Shown one piece after another: positions 53,079 to 64,000 of a stretch of 64,000 nt of DNA. Origin of the DNA: Candidatus Bathyarchaeota archaeon (lineage in GTDB: Archaea > Thermoproteota > Bathyarchaeia > Bathyarchaeales > Bathycorpusculaceae). Each line of letters starts with the position of its first letter. Within the stretch, counting starts at the first letter, position 1. The stretch spans positions 49,680 to 113,679 of the forward strand of contig CAVVRN010000018.1 of the NCBI GenBank assembly GCA_963750605.1, given 5' to 3'. The notes beneath the pieces were generated by a model. It was not told the origin of the DNA. It did no database searches and saw nothing but the letters and a program-made list of their open reading frames with translations. Made by a program: the position numbers and the translations under genes.

Positions 53079-54851
53079 TTGAACGACGAAGTTAAATGTT
53101 CAAAACCTGAATGTGACAAGTTCACCGCAATAAATGAGTTAGCAAAACGCAGAGGGTTCTTCTGGCCATCATTTGAAATTTATGGTGGTAGTGGCGGTTT
53201 TGTAACTTATGGTCCACTCGGCGCACGTTTGAAACAGAATATAGAGGCCAAGTTAAGAGATCTTTTTGTTAAGAAAATTGGCATTTACGAGATGGAGTCC
53301 TCGGTGATTGCACCAGGAAAGGTTTTCGAAGCCTCAGGTCACGTTGATCATTTTAAAGAGCCTATGGTTGAGTGCCAAAACTGTCATACTCGTTTCCGCG
53401 CTGATCATTTACTTGAAGAGAAAGGAATTAGTTCAGCTGAAGCGGAAAAAATGAGTTTGAATGAAATTAAAGAAGAGATTGAGCACCATGAAGTAGTTTG
53501 CCCTGACTGCAAAGGTAAATTTGGCGAAGCTCAACGTTATTTAACAATGTTTGAAACCACAATTGGGCCTTACTCTGGGGCAGTTGGTTATGGCAGACCT
53601 GAAGCTGCACAAAACATTTTTGTGGAGTTTAACAGGCTTTATACTGCAGCACGAGAGCGGCTTCCTTTTGGAGTTATCCAGATAGGTCATGCTTTGCGAA
53701 ACGAGATTTCGCCAAGGCAAGGGCTCATCAGGCTACGTGAATTCACGATTTCTGATTTAGAATTCTTTTTTGACCCTGAAGAACCATGCTGCCGCTTCCT
53801 TCCAGAAGTGGAAAATGAGGTTTTACCTATTCTCCTTTGCGAGACAAGGCTAAAAGAGTGCGAGAATACAACAAACTTTACCGTTAGAGCAGCTCTCGAT
53901 CAAAAAGTAATTCGCTCTGAATGGCAAGCATTTTTCATGGCAATGGCAAAAAAACTTTTAGTAGATCTTGGCGTTCCAGCTGAGAAGCAAAGATTTATCG
54001 AAAAACTATCTTGGGAGAAAGCTCATTACTCCAGTCAAAGTTTCGATCAAGAAGTTCTTGTTGACCGTTGGGGCTGGGTTGAAGTTTCAGGTCATGCGTA
54101 CCGTACAGATTACGATTTATCATGTCATATGAAATCCAGTGGCGTAGACATGACGGTTTACAAGGAATTCGCGGCTCCCACAGAAAAAGAAGAGCTTACT
54201 GTAAAGCCAATTATGGCTAAACTTGGTCCGGTGTACAAAGGTGAAGCTGCAAAAGTGGCTGCGTTGCTAGCTAAAGTTCCTCCTCAAGAAGTTGCTGATG
54301 CAATGCAAAAACAGGGGCATCTAATGGTTGACAAATACGAAGTAAAATCCGACCAAGTGGATATTACCCGTCAAACAACGATTGTTCGTGGCACACGTTT
54401 TATTCCTCATGTTGTGGAACCAAGTTTTGGTTCTGATCGACTATTTTATGTGGCATTAGAGTACGCATACGGTGTTAAAGAGGATCGGGTTGTTATGAGT
54501 TTTCCAAGAACTATAGCGCCAATTCAAGTTGGTGTTTATCCCTTAATGAGTAAAGATGGCTTAGATACCAAAGCCTTGCAAGTGCAGAGGATGTTAGCTG
54601 GCGAGGGTTTGATGTCTGAACTTGACGAGACAGGCTCAATTGGTCGACGTTACGCAAGAGCTGATGAAGCAGGTGTACAATTAGGCATCACGATAGATTA
54701 CGACTCGTTAAAAGATGACACCGTAACCATACGAGATCGTGATACATGGCAGCAAGTGAGAACAGAAATCAAGGATTTGCCCGAACGATTGCACAAATAC
54801 TTTGAAGGGAAAATAAATTTTGAGCAATTAGGGAGCATTATCAAAACCTAA
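53079..54851 (+). CDS. glyS: Glycine--tRNA ligase (archaeal/eukaryotic dimeric type)
   Basis: KRRGF, SGHVDHF, RPE.AQ, RNEISPRQG.IRLREF, AHY, PHVVEPSFG, GSIGRRYARADE.G. Confidence 0.97.
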   Translation: MNDEVKCSKPECDKFTAINELAKRRGFFWPSFEIYGGSGGFVTYGPLGARLKQNIEAKLRDLFVKKIGIYEMESSVIAPGKVFEASGHVDHFKEPMVECQNCHTRFRADHLLEEKGISSAEAEKMSLNEIKEEIEHHEVVCPDCKGKFGEAQRYLTMFETTIGPYSGAVGYGRPEAAQNIFVEFNRLYTAARERLPFGVIQIGHALRNEISPRQGLIRLREFTISDLEFFFDPEEPCCRFLPEVENEVLPILLCETRLKECENTTNFTVRAALDQKVIRSEWQAFFMAMAKKLLVDLGVPAEKQRFIEKLSWEKAHYSSQSFDQEVLVDRWGWVEVSGHAYRTDYDLSCHMKSSGVDMTVYKEFAAPTEKEELTVKPIMAKLGPVYKGEAAKVAALLAKVPPQEVADAMQKQGHLMVDKYEVKSDQVDITRQTTIVRGTRFIPHVVEPSFGSDRLFYVALEYAYGVKEDRVVMSFPRTIAPIQVGVYPLMSKDGLDTKALQVQRMLAGEGLMSELDETGSIGRRYARADEAGVQLGITIDYDSLKDDTVTIRDRDTWQQVRTEIKDLPERLHKYFEGKINFEQLGSIIKT

Positions 54852-54927
54852 GTAGTTAGCTTTTTTAATGCATGCCTGATAGTTTAGAATGTTAAATTAG
54901 AGATGGTTATGAGCGGGGAGAAAACGA

Positions 54928-55587
54928 GTGGTACTTCCATCAGAAACTGAAGAACGCGTTAAAAGGAGAGCCTTAAACGCTTGCAACGATAATTTACGCA
55001 AAGTCGTAGACGTCTCAAGGAAAATCCCTCAACTAGCTGAGTATTTTGCAAGCGGTGACAAGGAAAACGCAAGAAAACTCTTCAGCGATATCAAAACAGG
55101 TGAAGAAGAAGTTGTTAAGGCAAGACGCATGGTATCGCAAGAGCTAGCCGAGATAGGCGCCATTTTAATTGCCCGCGAAGACTTCTTAAGATTTACAAAT
55201 TTATCAAGTGAAATAGCCGATTTCTCTGAAGGAATTGCGTATTATCTAGTTGAAATAATGGAGCATAATTGGAATATTCAGGCAGACGTCAAGAAAGACA
55301 TCATTAAACTTTCTTTAGCGGTCTTAGACACAGTGCTTAAACTTAGGGAAACAATGATGGTTCTAAATTACGGGTCACAAAAAACACTTGAAAAAGCCAA
55401 AGATGTAGAAATCGCTGAGCGAATCGTTGATGACCAGTACAGAGCTTTAACAATCAAAGTTCTAAGCGGCAAACTTGAGGTTCCGGTATTGCTTCTTCTA
55501 CGAGATGTTCTTCAATTATTAGAAAACTCCGCTGACAAAGCTCAAGATGCAGCTGATGCGGCACGAACCCTATCGTTCATTATGTAA
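54928..55587 (+). CDS. DUF47/PhoU-like helical protein
   Basis: REDFLR...D, E...D..YR, LE..AD..QD repeats. Confidence 0.8.
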   Translation: MVLPSETEERVKRRALNACNDNLRKVVDVSRKIPQLAEYFASGDKENARKLFSDIKTGEEEVVKARRMVSQELAEIGAILIAREDFLRFTNLSSEIADFSEGIAYYLVEIMEHNWNIQADVKKDIIKLSLAVLDTVLKLRETMMVLNYGSQKTLEKAKDVEIAERIVDDQYRALTIKVLSGKLEVPVLLLLRDVLQLLENSADKAQDAADAARTLSFIM

Positions 55588-55601
55588 CAAGAGCGACTTC
55601 A

Positions 55602-56156
55602 ATGCCAAAAACCAAAGTTGAACTTATTGAGAACTTCTTAGTTGTGTGGAATTCCAGTGAAGGGTCCCAACTTTACAAGGCAGGGTATTATGGTAAGCCG
55701 CTTGGAATTCCTAAACCGAAAATTCCAGAGTTTGATGCTCCATTAATTTTAGATTTGATGGAAGGTTTGTACCTGTTTGAGAACAAAAAGATAACTATTT
55801 ACGAGAATCCCGACACGACCAGCGTTAGCCTAAAAAAGCTAAGGCAAAAAGCTAAAAAATTATACGATGAGTTCGAAGAAAAATATGCTGTTTACCATGA
55901 CCTAAGAGACAGCGGCCTCATTGTGACACCGGGGATAAAGTTTGGTTGCGACTTCGCAGTTTACAAGTATGGTCCAGGCGTTGAACATGCCCCATACATG
56001 GTGTCAGTTAAGAAGGCAGGTTCAGACATTTCAGCAACCGAAATAGTTAAAGCAGGACGGTTAGCTACGACCGTTCGAAAACGCTTTATTATTGCCGTGC
56101 CCGATTTAGCTACAGAAAAAGTGAAGTATTTGATTTTTAAATGGTTCAAGGCTTAG
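55602..56156 (+). CDS. endA: tRNA-splicing endonuclease catalytic subunit
   Basis: L.L.EGLYL, Y.VY.DLR..G, GIKFG.DF.VY, HAPY, RLA..VRK. Confidence 0.95.
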   Translation: MPKTKVELIENFLVVWNSSEGSQLYKAGYYGKPLGIPKPKIPEFDAPLILDLMEGLYLFENKKITIYENPDTTSVSLKKLRQKAKKLYDEFEEKYAVYHDLRDSGLIVTPGIKFGCDFAVYKYGPGVEHAPYMVSVKKAGSDISATEIVKAGRLATTVRKRFIIAVPDLATEKVKYLIFKWFKA

Positions 56157-57425
56157 TTTGCTATTATTGTTTGGTTCTGGAATTCTCCTCGGATCGTTGG
56201 TGTGGGTAAATTTTTGTGGCGGTTAGAGAGCAACCTTCTTCAAGTTTGACATCATCTCCTAATTACTGAGATAGCACTTATTTTTGTAGGTTTATGCTGG
56301 CTTGATTTAACTACGACATGTCTGCCAATTATGCTATCGTAAACTTCCGTGCAGTCGCCAATTATCACCCTGTCCATTATTGCAGAGTTAGCAACAACGA
56401 CGTTTTTGCCAATTCGTAGTAAAGTTGTCAATGCAGGAGTCGACAATTCTTGCCCCATCTTCAATTTGACAGTGCCTTCCAATCAAAACAGCGCCTTCTA
56501 ATGTGATTTTCTTTTGTTTTATTTTTCGGATGATTTCTTGACGTTTTTTTTCTGAGTCGCCACTTTCGCCTTGGACCCAGATTTTGCTTTCTTCTTTTAG
56601 TCTTCCGCCGAAATCGTTGAGGGTACAAAAGTCGCCGTACAGCAGGTTTTTCATGGCTTCCAAGTAGTTTTTAGGTGTTCCAACATCAAACCAGGTACCT
56701 TTCAAAGTGTAACCATACACTGGGCGTCCAGACTGGATCACATAGGGAATGAAGTCATAACCGAAATCTAACCTGTTTTTTTCCTTCATTATTTGTTGGA
56801 TGCCTTTTTCTCTGAAAATCTTTCTCACTTCTGGTGACAACACGTACAAGCCTGTGTTCGCAAGGTTGCTGGGAGCATCTTTAGGAAGAGGTTTCTCGAC
56901 GAATCGTTTTATGCGGCCGTTTTTGTCGATGTCAGCTATGCCTAAGCCTTCTACGTTTTCAACTTCCCGTAGCACGATGGTTAAGGCAGCGCATTTTTCT
57001 TTGTGAAAATCAATAAGATTCTTTACTTTGATATCAAAAATGTTGTCGCCTTGAACCGCGAAAACTGGGTTGTTAAGTTCATAGTACTCCATGTTTATCC
57101 TTGCTGAATCAGCGCTTCCAAAATCTTCAACGTTTGGCTGATATTTTATGTGGACGCGTGGTTTAATATTGTAGCGTGCGCTGAATCCATAGCCTGATTC
57201 AAAGTAATCGTACAGGTCTCGGTAGTTGGTGTAGCCTTTCACGCCGAAGATAAAGTTTCGTATGCCCTGGCTTGCCAAGCGACAACAGAGAAAACTCAAC
57301 TAGCGGCCTATTCAATAAACGTAAGCATGCTTTGCTTGTTTCAGCCGTCAAGGGCAAAAGGCGTGTTGCTTTTCCACCAACCGGTATGATTACTCTTATC
57401 TTATCAGGAGCATAACTGTCTCCAA
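56153..57425 (-). CDS. Sugar-1-phosphate nucleotidyltransferase (GCD1/GlgC-like) with hexapeptide tail, frameshifted
   Basis: IPVGGKATRL.PLT, QGDN, FVEKP, ANTGLY, DFG.DFIP, WFDVGTP. Confidence 0.88.
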
Positions 57426-57590
57426 CTAGAGGGCGCGTAATTGTCGCTCAACATCCCACCAACAATTTAATAATTATCAAGGATAGGTTGTGCGCCATCT
57501 TTTAAACTGTTTCGCAAATCCTTAGAACTTAAAATAGGTTTTTCTTCGTAACTTTCATTACGCTTCACAAATGAAATTAGAAGAAAAGAA

Positions 57591-58167
57591 TTATTTTTCT
57601 TCTGGCTTTTCCCATAACTGAAGTTTTTGCTTTTTGAGTTCTGTGCGTTTCTTCTGCAAATAATTGTACATTGTGTGGTGCTCGCAGCCTTCAATAATCA
57701 TCTGTACTGCGTTTCTTGCGGCATCTGCTTCTTCAAAACTGCCAATTATCCCAACTGTGTGGCCATAAACAACTACATCTGCTTCGGTTAATTCTTCAAT
57801 CAGTTTTCTTGTTTTGCCTTCTGCGCCGATGATTCTGCCTTTTATGCGTTTAATGTCTGATTCTGAGCGCCCAAAAATAACGCGTAAATCTATCATGTCA
57901 AAGATGTCGTCTTCATTGCGTATTAGGCGAAAAGCTGTTTCAGGTGGGAAGCCTCTGCCGATGGCTGTTACAATGTCTTTAGCTTTTAATATCAGTGATG
58001 GGTCGGTTGCTTTTTCTGAAAGCGCAATGGTGACGCTGCCTTCAGTGTCAATGTCAAGCTTAACCTGAAGTTTTTCTTCGATGTACTTGTTTAACTTTGC
58101 CTTCGGGACCAATCAGTATGCCAACGCGTTCTTTTGGAATTTTAACAAACATGTCTGGACGGGACAT
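57591..58167 (-). CDS. KH-domain ribosome-biogenesis protein Dim2/Pno1, frameshifted near 58090
   Basis: KIP.ERVG.LIG.EG, AIGRGF, RIKGRIIG.EGKTR, G..H. Confidence 0.93.
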
Positions 58168-58952
58168 TATTTACCAACAACCATTTTATGAAATTCTTCA
58201 ACTGGAATAACTTTAACATTTAACCTACTAAAGAACCTATTCACATTTGTTAAATCCCGAGTCAACATGAAGTCAGCCATCGGATGCTCAATAGAAACTG
58301 ACTGGGAAACATCAAAAATTACAGGTCTGCCCTTCCACATCATAATGTTGTATTCGCTTAAGTCGCCGTGGACTATCTTTGCCTTTTGGTAGAGACGTTT
58401 AACAGAGGTAACTATTATTTTGTAGACTCGTTCAGGGTTAGCTGGCGGCTGCTCCTTTAAAGAAGGCGCACTAACACCATCTTTCCCAATAAACTCCATA
58501 ACTACAACATTGCTTTTGACTGCGATAGGTTTTGGCACACGCACCTTTGCTGCTGTAGCTTCTCCTAAATTCCGAAACTCCTTTTGAGCCCAAACAGCCA
58601 TCAGCGACCGAGTGTCATGTTTGACATCTTTGAAGCGGGGGTCGCCTTCAATGTATTTGTGCATGCCCCTCTTGAACTCGGCAGAAGAAGTTAAGTAAAT
58701 TTTTACGGCTAAATCAATGCCTTCTTTGGTTGTGCCCCAGTAAACCCGGGCTTCTTTGCCTGAACTAACAACCCCGTTGAGCTCATAGAAAACACCGCTG
58801 TTAAGCATGTCAAAGACTACCATGCGGGTGGTTTGGTCAAAAACTTCTTCGACCGTGGCGCGTTCTTTGGATTTGTCATGGGTTAGCATTTTATCTCTGC
58901 GTTCTATTCTTCTTTCGGTGTGGGCGATGCGTTCTTGGGCTTTACGTGACAT
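58167..58952 (-). CDS. rio1: RIO1 kinase
   Basis: SSGKEA.VY, AVKIY, WAQKEFRNL, VHGDLSEYNI, FDVSQ. Confidence 0.96.
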   Translation of the reverse strand: MSRKAQERIAHTERRIERRDKMLTHDKSKERATVEEVFDQTTRMVVFDMLNSGVFYELNGVVSSGKEARVYWGTTKEGIDLAVKIYLTSSAEFKRGMHKYIEGDPRFKDVKHDTRSLMAVWAQKEFRNLGEATAAKVRVPKPIAVKSNVVVMEFIGKDGVSAPSLKEQPPANPERVYKIIVTSVKRLYQKAKIVHGDLSEYNIMMWKGRPVIFDVSQSVSIEHPMADFMLTRDLTNVNRFFSRLNVKVIPVEEFHKMVVGK

Positions 58953-59121
58953 AATATTCAAGCATGCTAACTGCTTCAGGGTATTTAAAACCAATCGAAG
59001 TTTACTATTGACTTATAAACAATGTTAATGAATTCAATCATTTAGTATAAATTTCCTTAAAAATATATAATCGCATGATTACTGTTAAAGAATGTTAAGA
59101 AATATGATTAAAAATGGAAAA

Positions 59122-59427
59122 TTAAAGTGTTAAGATGCCTTTGCGTCTTAGCGTATCTGCTTGTGAATGTGTGTAACGCCAAACAACGTCTCCGCGTTTG
59201 TCAGTTTGGAATTCCCAAGGTGAAACAATGACGATGTCGCCTTCACGTATCCATACTCGTCTTTTCATTTTTCCTCTGATTCGGCATAAACGTTCAGCGC
59301 CATCTTGGCATTTAACTAAGATGCGGTCAAAACCAAGCAGTTTTATAACTACGCCTAAGACTTCGCCTTGTCCAGGATAAACTAATTCGCCGATTGCGCC
59401 TTCATTTAAGACTTTTTTCTTTCCCAA
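59122..59427 (-). CDS. eif1a: Translation initiation factor aIF-1A
   Basis: C.DG.ERLCRIRGKMKRRVWIREGD.V.V.PW. Confidence 0.97.
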   Translation of the reverse strand: MGKKKVLNEGAIGELVYPGQGEVLGVVIKLLGFDRILVKCQDGAERLCRIRGKMKRRVWIREGDIVIVSPWEFQTDKRGDVVWRYTHSQADTLRRKGILTL

Positions 59428-59722
59428 ACATTAAACCTCGTTTGACTTGAAAAAAAAATGTTTAGCTTGCTTAAAAAGGCTAACTTTTAATATTTTTACT
59501 TATTTGGGATATTTTTGAGTTAACGCTGTTCCGCTGGAATTTCAAAGGCGATTGCAAATGTTGGTTACCTAAGCTTTAGCGAATAGAACTATTCAAATTA
59601 ATTTTTAACTCATTTTTCTGAACTTTTCACTTTCACTTACGTCTCCCCTATTCGGCGGTTTAGTTTGTTCGCTTTCTTTTTAAACAATTTGAAGCATAAG
59701 CGGGAACTTCAAGTGATTATCT

Positions 59723-59950
59723 ATGAAAAAATCAGCAGTATTGCAAATTGAAGAGAAGGATCTCTTAGTGGATGTAAAGTTCCATAACGTTTCTGCCACA
59801 TTATTAACCGAGTTTGCAAAAAAAATCGTAAGACCTTACTACAATGGCAATTTGAACGTTGCAATACAAGATTTAATACACAAAGCCATAGTTGAAGAAG
59901 ACTTCGTCTTATCGCATGTCACACATGTTCGGAATTCTGTGGAGACTTAA
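59723..59950 (+). CDS. Small putative ribbon-helix-helix protein
   Basis: VDVKFHNV strand, helix, YYNGN turn, LNVAIQDLIHKAI helix. Confidence 0.55.
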   Translation: MKKSAVLQIEEKDLLVDVKFHNVSATLLTEFAKKIVRPYYNGNLNVAIQDLIHKAIVEEDFVLSHVTHVRNSVET

Positions 59951-60175
59951 TATTATACGGTAAATTGTTCTTTTCTACGGGTAAATGTTAGTAATTGTTT
60001 ACAATTTTACTCCGTCAGGCCTTGATTTTGCATTATCCTTTTTTGAGAAGCGTAGTTCACTAAATTAGCCAAATCCATTCACTAATTACGTTGGTTACCT
60101 TAACTTTTTGGTGAATTTCAGTTATCAAAAACTAATAAATGTACTTAAGAGCTAACCTGAGATCACGATCAAAGC

Positions 60176-61538
60176 TTGGAGAATAGCTTAATGATTTTTG
60201 AAGAAAAAAATGAGAGTGTCATCAACCCTATGGTTTATATCAAGACAAAGGTTGGTTCTCGGGCTACTGTTACCGATTGGAAAGACTATAGGTGGCAACT
60301 AAATAATTCAATAAAAACCATCGCTGCTTTTGAAGAGTTCACTGATATTGCATTCTCCAAAAACGAAAAGAGCGAACTTGAAAAAACAATCCGCAAATTC
60401 CCACTATGCATTACTCCATATTATGCTTCGTTAATAGAAAAAAAAATTACCTTAACGATCCTATTTTCAAGCAGGCATTTCCTAACCCGGCTGAATTAAA
60501 AATTTCAAAATGCGACATGAAAGACCCATTGCATGAAGACAAAGATAGCCCCACTAAGGGTATCACGCATCGATATCCTGACAGAGTACTTTTTTTGGTA
60601 AGCAACTGTTGTGCAATGTATTGTAGACATTGTACACGAAAAAGAAGAGTAGGTGACCCTGACTATATTCCTTCAAGAGAGCAGATACTGGCTGGAATTT
60701 ATTATATAAGAAAAAATCGTCAGATACGTGACGTCTTACTTTCTGGCGGCGACCCGCTTATGTTGCCTGATGATTATCTGGATTGGATTCTAACAGAGCT
60801 AAATCACATTAAACATGTCCAGGTCATACGAATTGGCTCAAGAATACCCGTTGTTCTTCCATACAGGATAACTAAAGAACTTAGTGAAAATGTTAAAAAA
60901 ACATCATCCTCTTATGGCTTAACACACATTTTAATCATCCAAGGGAACTCACTTCAGCCTCAAAAGAAGCCCTCAAAAAGTTAGCTGATGTTGGAATACC
61001 GCTGGGAAACCAGTCTGTTTTGCTTGCAGGCGTAAACGATTGCCCACAAATCATAAAGAAACTCAACCAAAAACTAGTCGAGAATAGAGTGCGACCATAT
61101 TATTTGTTTCAATGTGATCTCTCTGAAGGGCTTAGTCATTTTCGAACCCCGATTGGAAAAGGCGTTGAAATAATGGAAAGTCTTGTGGGCCACACAAGCG
61201 GATTTGCCGTCCCCCGATACGTTGTAGATGCTCCTGGAGGCGGAGGAAAAATTCCTGTTATGCCAAACTACATTGTGTCTTGGAACACAAACAAAGTTGT
61301 CCTAAGAAATTATGAAGGTGTCATTACGACATACCAGGAACCAGAAAATTATAAAGCCATTTCATGTAACAAAAACTGCGGCAAATGTACAATGCAGCTA
61401 AAAAATGAATCAAGTGAAGCTAAAATAGGGATTGAAAAATTACTCACAGATGCAAGTGACACTATATCACTTATACCTGAGGGAAATACAAGACTGGAAA
61501 GAAGAGAAAAAAAGCAAAATCTAAGGTGTCTTGCATGA
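60176..61538 (+). CDS. ablA: Lysine 2,3-aminomutase (KamA/AblA), frameshifted
   Basis: [72 protein letters not shown]. Confidence 0.93.
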
Positions 61539-62071
61539 ATAAACCAAGCAATCTTAAATTTAAAATCAGAAACGTCTAACGTTACAAGATATAAAAGAAG
61601 TATACAATCTACTTACAGCAAACAGACCCTATGTCGGGTTAAATTCTCGATATACCTATTTCCTTTTGGCTAAAGATTTCTCAGATACCTGTGTAGTCGC
61701 CGAATATCAAGGAAAAATTGTCGGGTTTTCTTCAGGATATATCCCACCGAACTAAAACTGATACTTTTTTCAACTGGGAAACAGTGGTCCACAGAGGATT
61801 ATCAGAGGGAATAAACTGCAAAAACAGCATGCTGCTTCAGCAAATTATCATGACAGGTGCACAAATATTTTGAGGGAACAGTAAATCCTTCTAATGAAGC
61901 CATCGAAAAAGAATTTTCGCATGATTAGCTCAATCGCTTGAAACAAACTGTGAAGAAAGCTTACTATTTAGTGAAGAAGATTTTGAGAATGATGGCCATG
62001 AACCCGAGATTCTTTATCGAGTCGGTCCGATTTCACCAAATGCAATTAGAAAAAAATATGCGATTATTTGA
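61535..62071 (+). CDS. EctA-like (diaminobutyrate acetyltransferase family) GNAT, broken by several frameshifts and absent from the ORF track
   Basis: Across frames: [49 protein letters not shown]...[11 protein letters not shown]...[23 protein letters not shown]; ATGA overlap with ablA. Confidence 0.78.
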
Positions 62072-62317
62072 AGGAAGCAGATGAAATACTTGAGGCGAAG
62101 ATGTTTCAGGCAAGTGCAAATGCAATGCGAAAGTACCTAGTGACAAGTTGAGGAAGTTAACTTGAAGGAACAGATCAACAGGCCCTTAAAAAGTCAGTCA
62201 ATCTGATAAGCCGTAACTGTACTGTTTTAATTCTTAACCTTCGATTTTCCTAAATCAATTAAATGTCATAGAGGTTTAATGTAAGTTTAAATGCTAGACT
62301 CCGAATAATTATTTTAG

Positions 62318-63150
62318 TTGGTGCATTGCCAAGTGTCCTATGTCTTTAACATACCTTATCGAAACAACACTAAACTCAAGCAGGTAATGGAAAAAATAAA
62401 AGAAGACAAAAAACTCAAAACTTACTGGAAATGCGCTAACGTCATGGCTATTGAACGTATGGGCTACACTGACCATGGCCCAACCCACGTTAAAATCGTA
62501 TCTAACATTGCACTAAGACTGTTGCGAATTCTTGTTGAAAAAAAACTCATAACACCAAGCATAGTAGAAAACTATGAAATGACAAAACGATGATGCTGAA
62601 GTCGTTGTTGTTTTAGGCTCAATCTTTCATGATTTAGGCATGATTGTGCAGAGGAACAACCATGAAAAATACAGCGTAATTTTAGCTTTGGAATTTCTTG
62701 AAAAATGTTTAACCCCAACATACACTGAAGAACAACAAGCAATAATCACCTCAGAAGTTCTGCACGCCATCGTAACTCATGAGGAACCGCCCAAGCAATG
62801 AACCAACACATAAAATATTAACCAAAGAAGCAGGCATAGTTGGCATCGCAGATGCTTTAGATATGGAAGCTGGAAGAGCACGAATTCCTTTTCAAGCGGG
62901 CAAAATAGACATTCACGCAGTATCAGCGCTTTCAATTGAAAAAGTTGAAGTAGAATGTGCTGAGAATGCCGAAAATGGCGAAAAACCAATCAACATAAAA
63001 ATTAAAATGTCCAATTCCGCAGGTGTATTCCAAATTGATGAGCTCCTAAAACCAAGAATCGTGAATTCAGGGCTTGAACAGTTCTTCCATGTAATCGCTG
63101 AAATCACAGGCGAAAAAGAAAACAGAATTATTGAAAAATTCGAAATCTAA
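62318..63150 (+). CDS. HD-superfamily phosphohydrolase, frameshifted
   Basis: R.GYTDHG..H, FHDLG...R..H, HAI..H, EAG.V..ADALDM..GRARIP. Confidence 0.85.
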
Positions 63151-63171
63151 ATTTTTTGAGGCGACCAACAT

Positions 63172-64000
63172 TTGATTCATGAATATGACGTTGTGGTTGT
63201 TGGCGGCGGAATCGCAGGGTTATACACTGCTTTAACTGCAGCTGAACAACTGCCAAAGTTGCTGTCGTTAGCAAAGTGCATGTTACGCGTTCCCACTCGG
63301 TTGCTGCGCAAGGTGGAATAGCTGCAAGTCTTGGAAACGAGGAGGAGGACCATTGGGAATGGCACATGTACGACACCGTAAAAGGCAGCGATTACCTCGC
63401 AGACCAAGAAGCAGTAGAAATCTTAGCTAAAGAAGCTCCAAACGCAATCTATCACACTTGAACATATGGGTGTACCATTTACCCGAAATATGCAGGGCAA
63501 AATTGAGCAACGCCGATTCGGAGGACACACCAAGAAACTATCGGCGAAGCCCCAGTTAAACGGGCATGTTACGTTTCTGACCGTACAGGCAGAGCAATAA
63601 TGGATACACTCTACGACCGTTGCTCAAGCAAAGGCGTAGACATTTCACAATGAAGTTTTCATTCTGAAACTTGCTTTTTTCAGGTAAACATTGCTGCGGC
63701 GTTGCAGGATACGACATTGCAACTTGCAAACCACAGGTTTTTCATGCAAAAGCAGTCGTTTTAGCAACAGGCGGAAGCGGAAAAATCTACAAAACCACCA
63801 TCAACGGTTTTGCATCCACAGGCGACGGTTTCGCATTAGCCCTGGATTCACTTATTCCTCTTGAAGACATGGAGTTTGTTCAGTTTCACCCAACAGGCAT
63901 TTATGGACTTGGAATTCTCATCAGCGAAGCTGCACGGGCTGAAGGCGGAGTATTGCGAAACGGTATTGGTGAACGTTTTATGGAGCGTTATGCGCCGACT
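63172..64000 (+). CDS. sdhA: Succinate dehydrogenase/fumarate reductase flavoprotein, partial and frameshifted
   Basis: [67 protein letters not shown]. Confidence 0.93.

Overview
Archaeal chromosomal DNA, most likely Bathyarchaeia. This is inferred from the gene mix: fwdDBAC, crenarchaeal-type SSB, an Elf1-like gene, EndA, EF-1alpha, PEF-CTERM/cohesin/dockerin surface proteins and a multi-intron tRNA. Many single-base frameshifts hit essential genes, which points to uncorrected long-read indels, so split ORFs are merged below. Housekeeping content: tuf, glyS, endA, trm1, dim2/rio1/aIF-1A, rnhA, XPF, proC, fwdDBAC-fdhD-mobA-mobB, pfkA, malic enzyme, partial sdhA, tRNA-Pro(CGG) and a two-intron tRNA-Tyr(GTA). 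Most notable: (1) four copies, in two tandem pairs, of a cassette made of a conserved TATA promoter, a 10-bp-period direct-repeat array and a small tandem AbrB/MraZ-like gene, with three different repeat cores (GTCAA, GTGC, GTCCT); (2) a lysine 2,3-aminomutase translationally coupled to an EctA-type, not AblB-type, acetyltransferase; (3) a divergent dockerin / membrane-tethered HTH / cohesin-PEF-CTERM module with its own 10-bp-period operator; (4) a glucosylglycerate cluster carrying both the one-step and two-step routes; (5) a 3.2-kb islet bounded by a 20-bp direct repeat.
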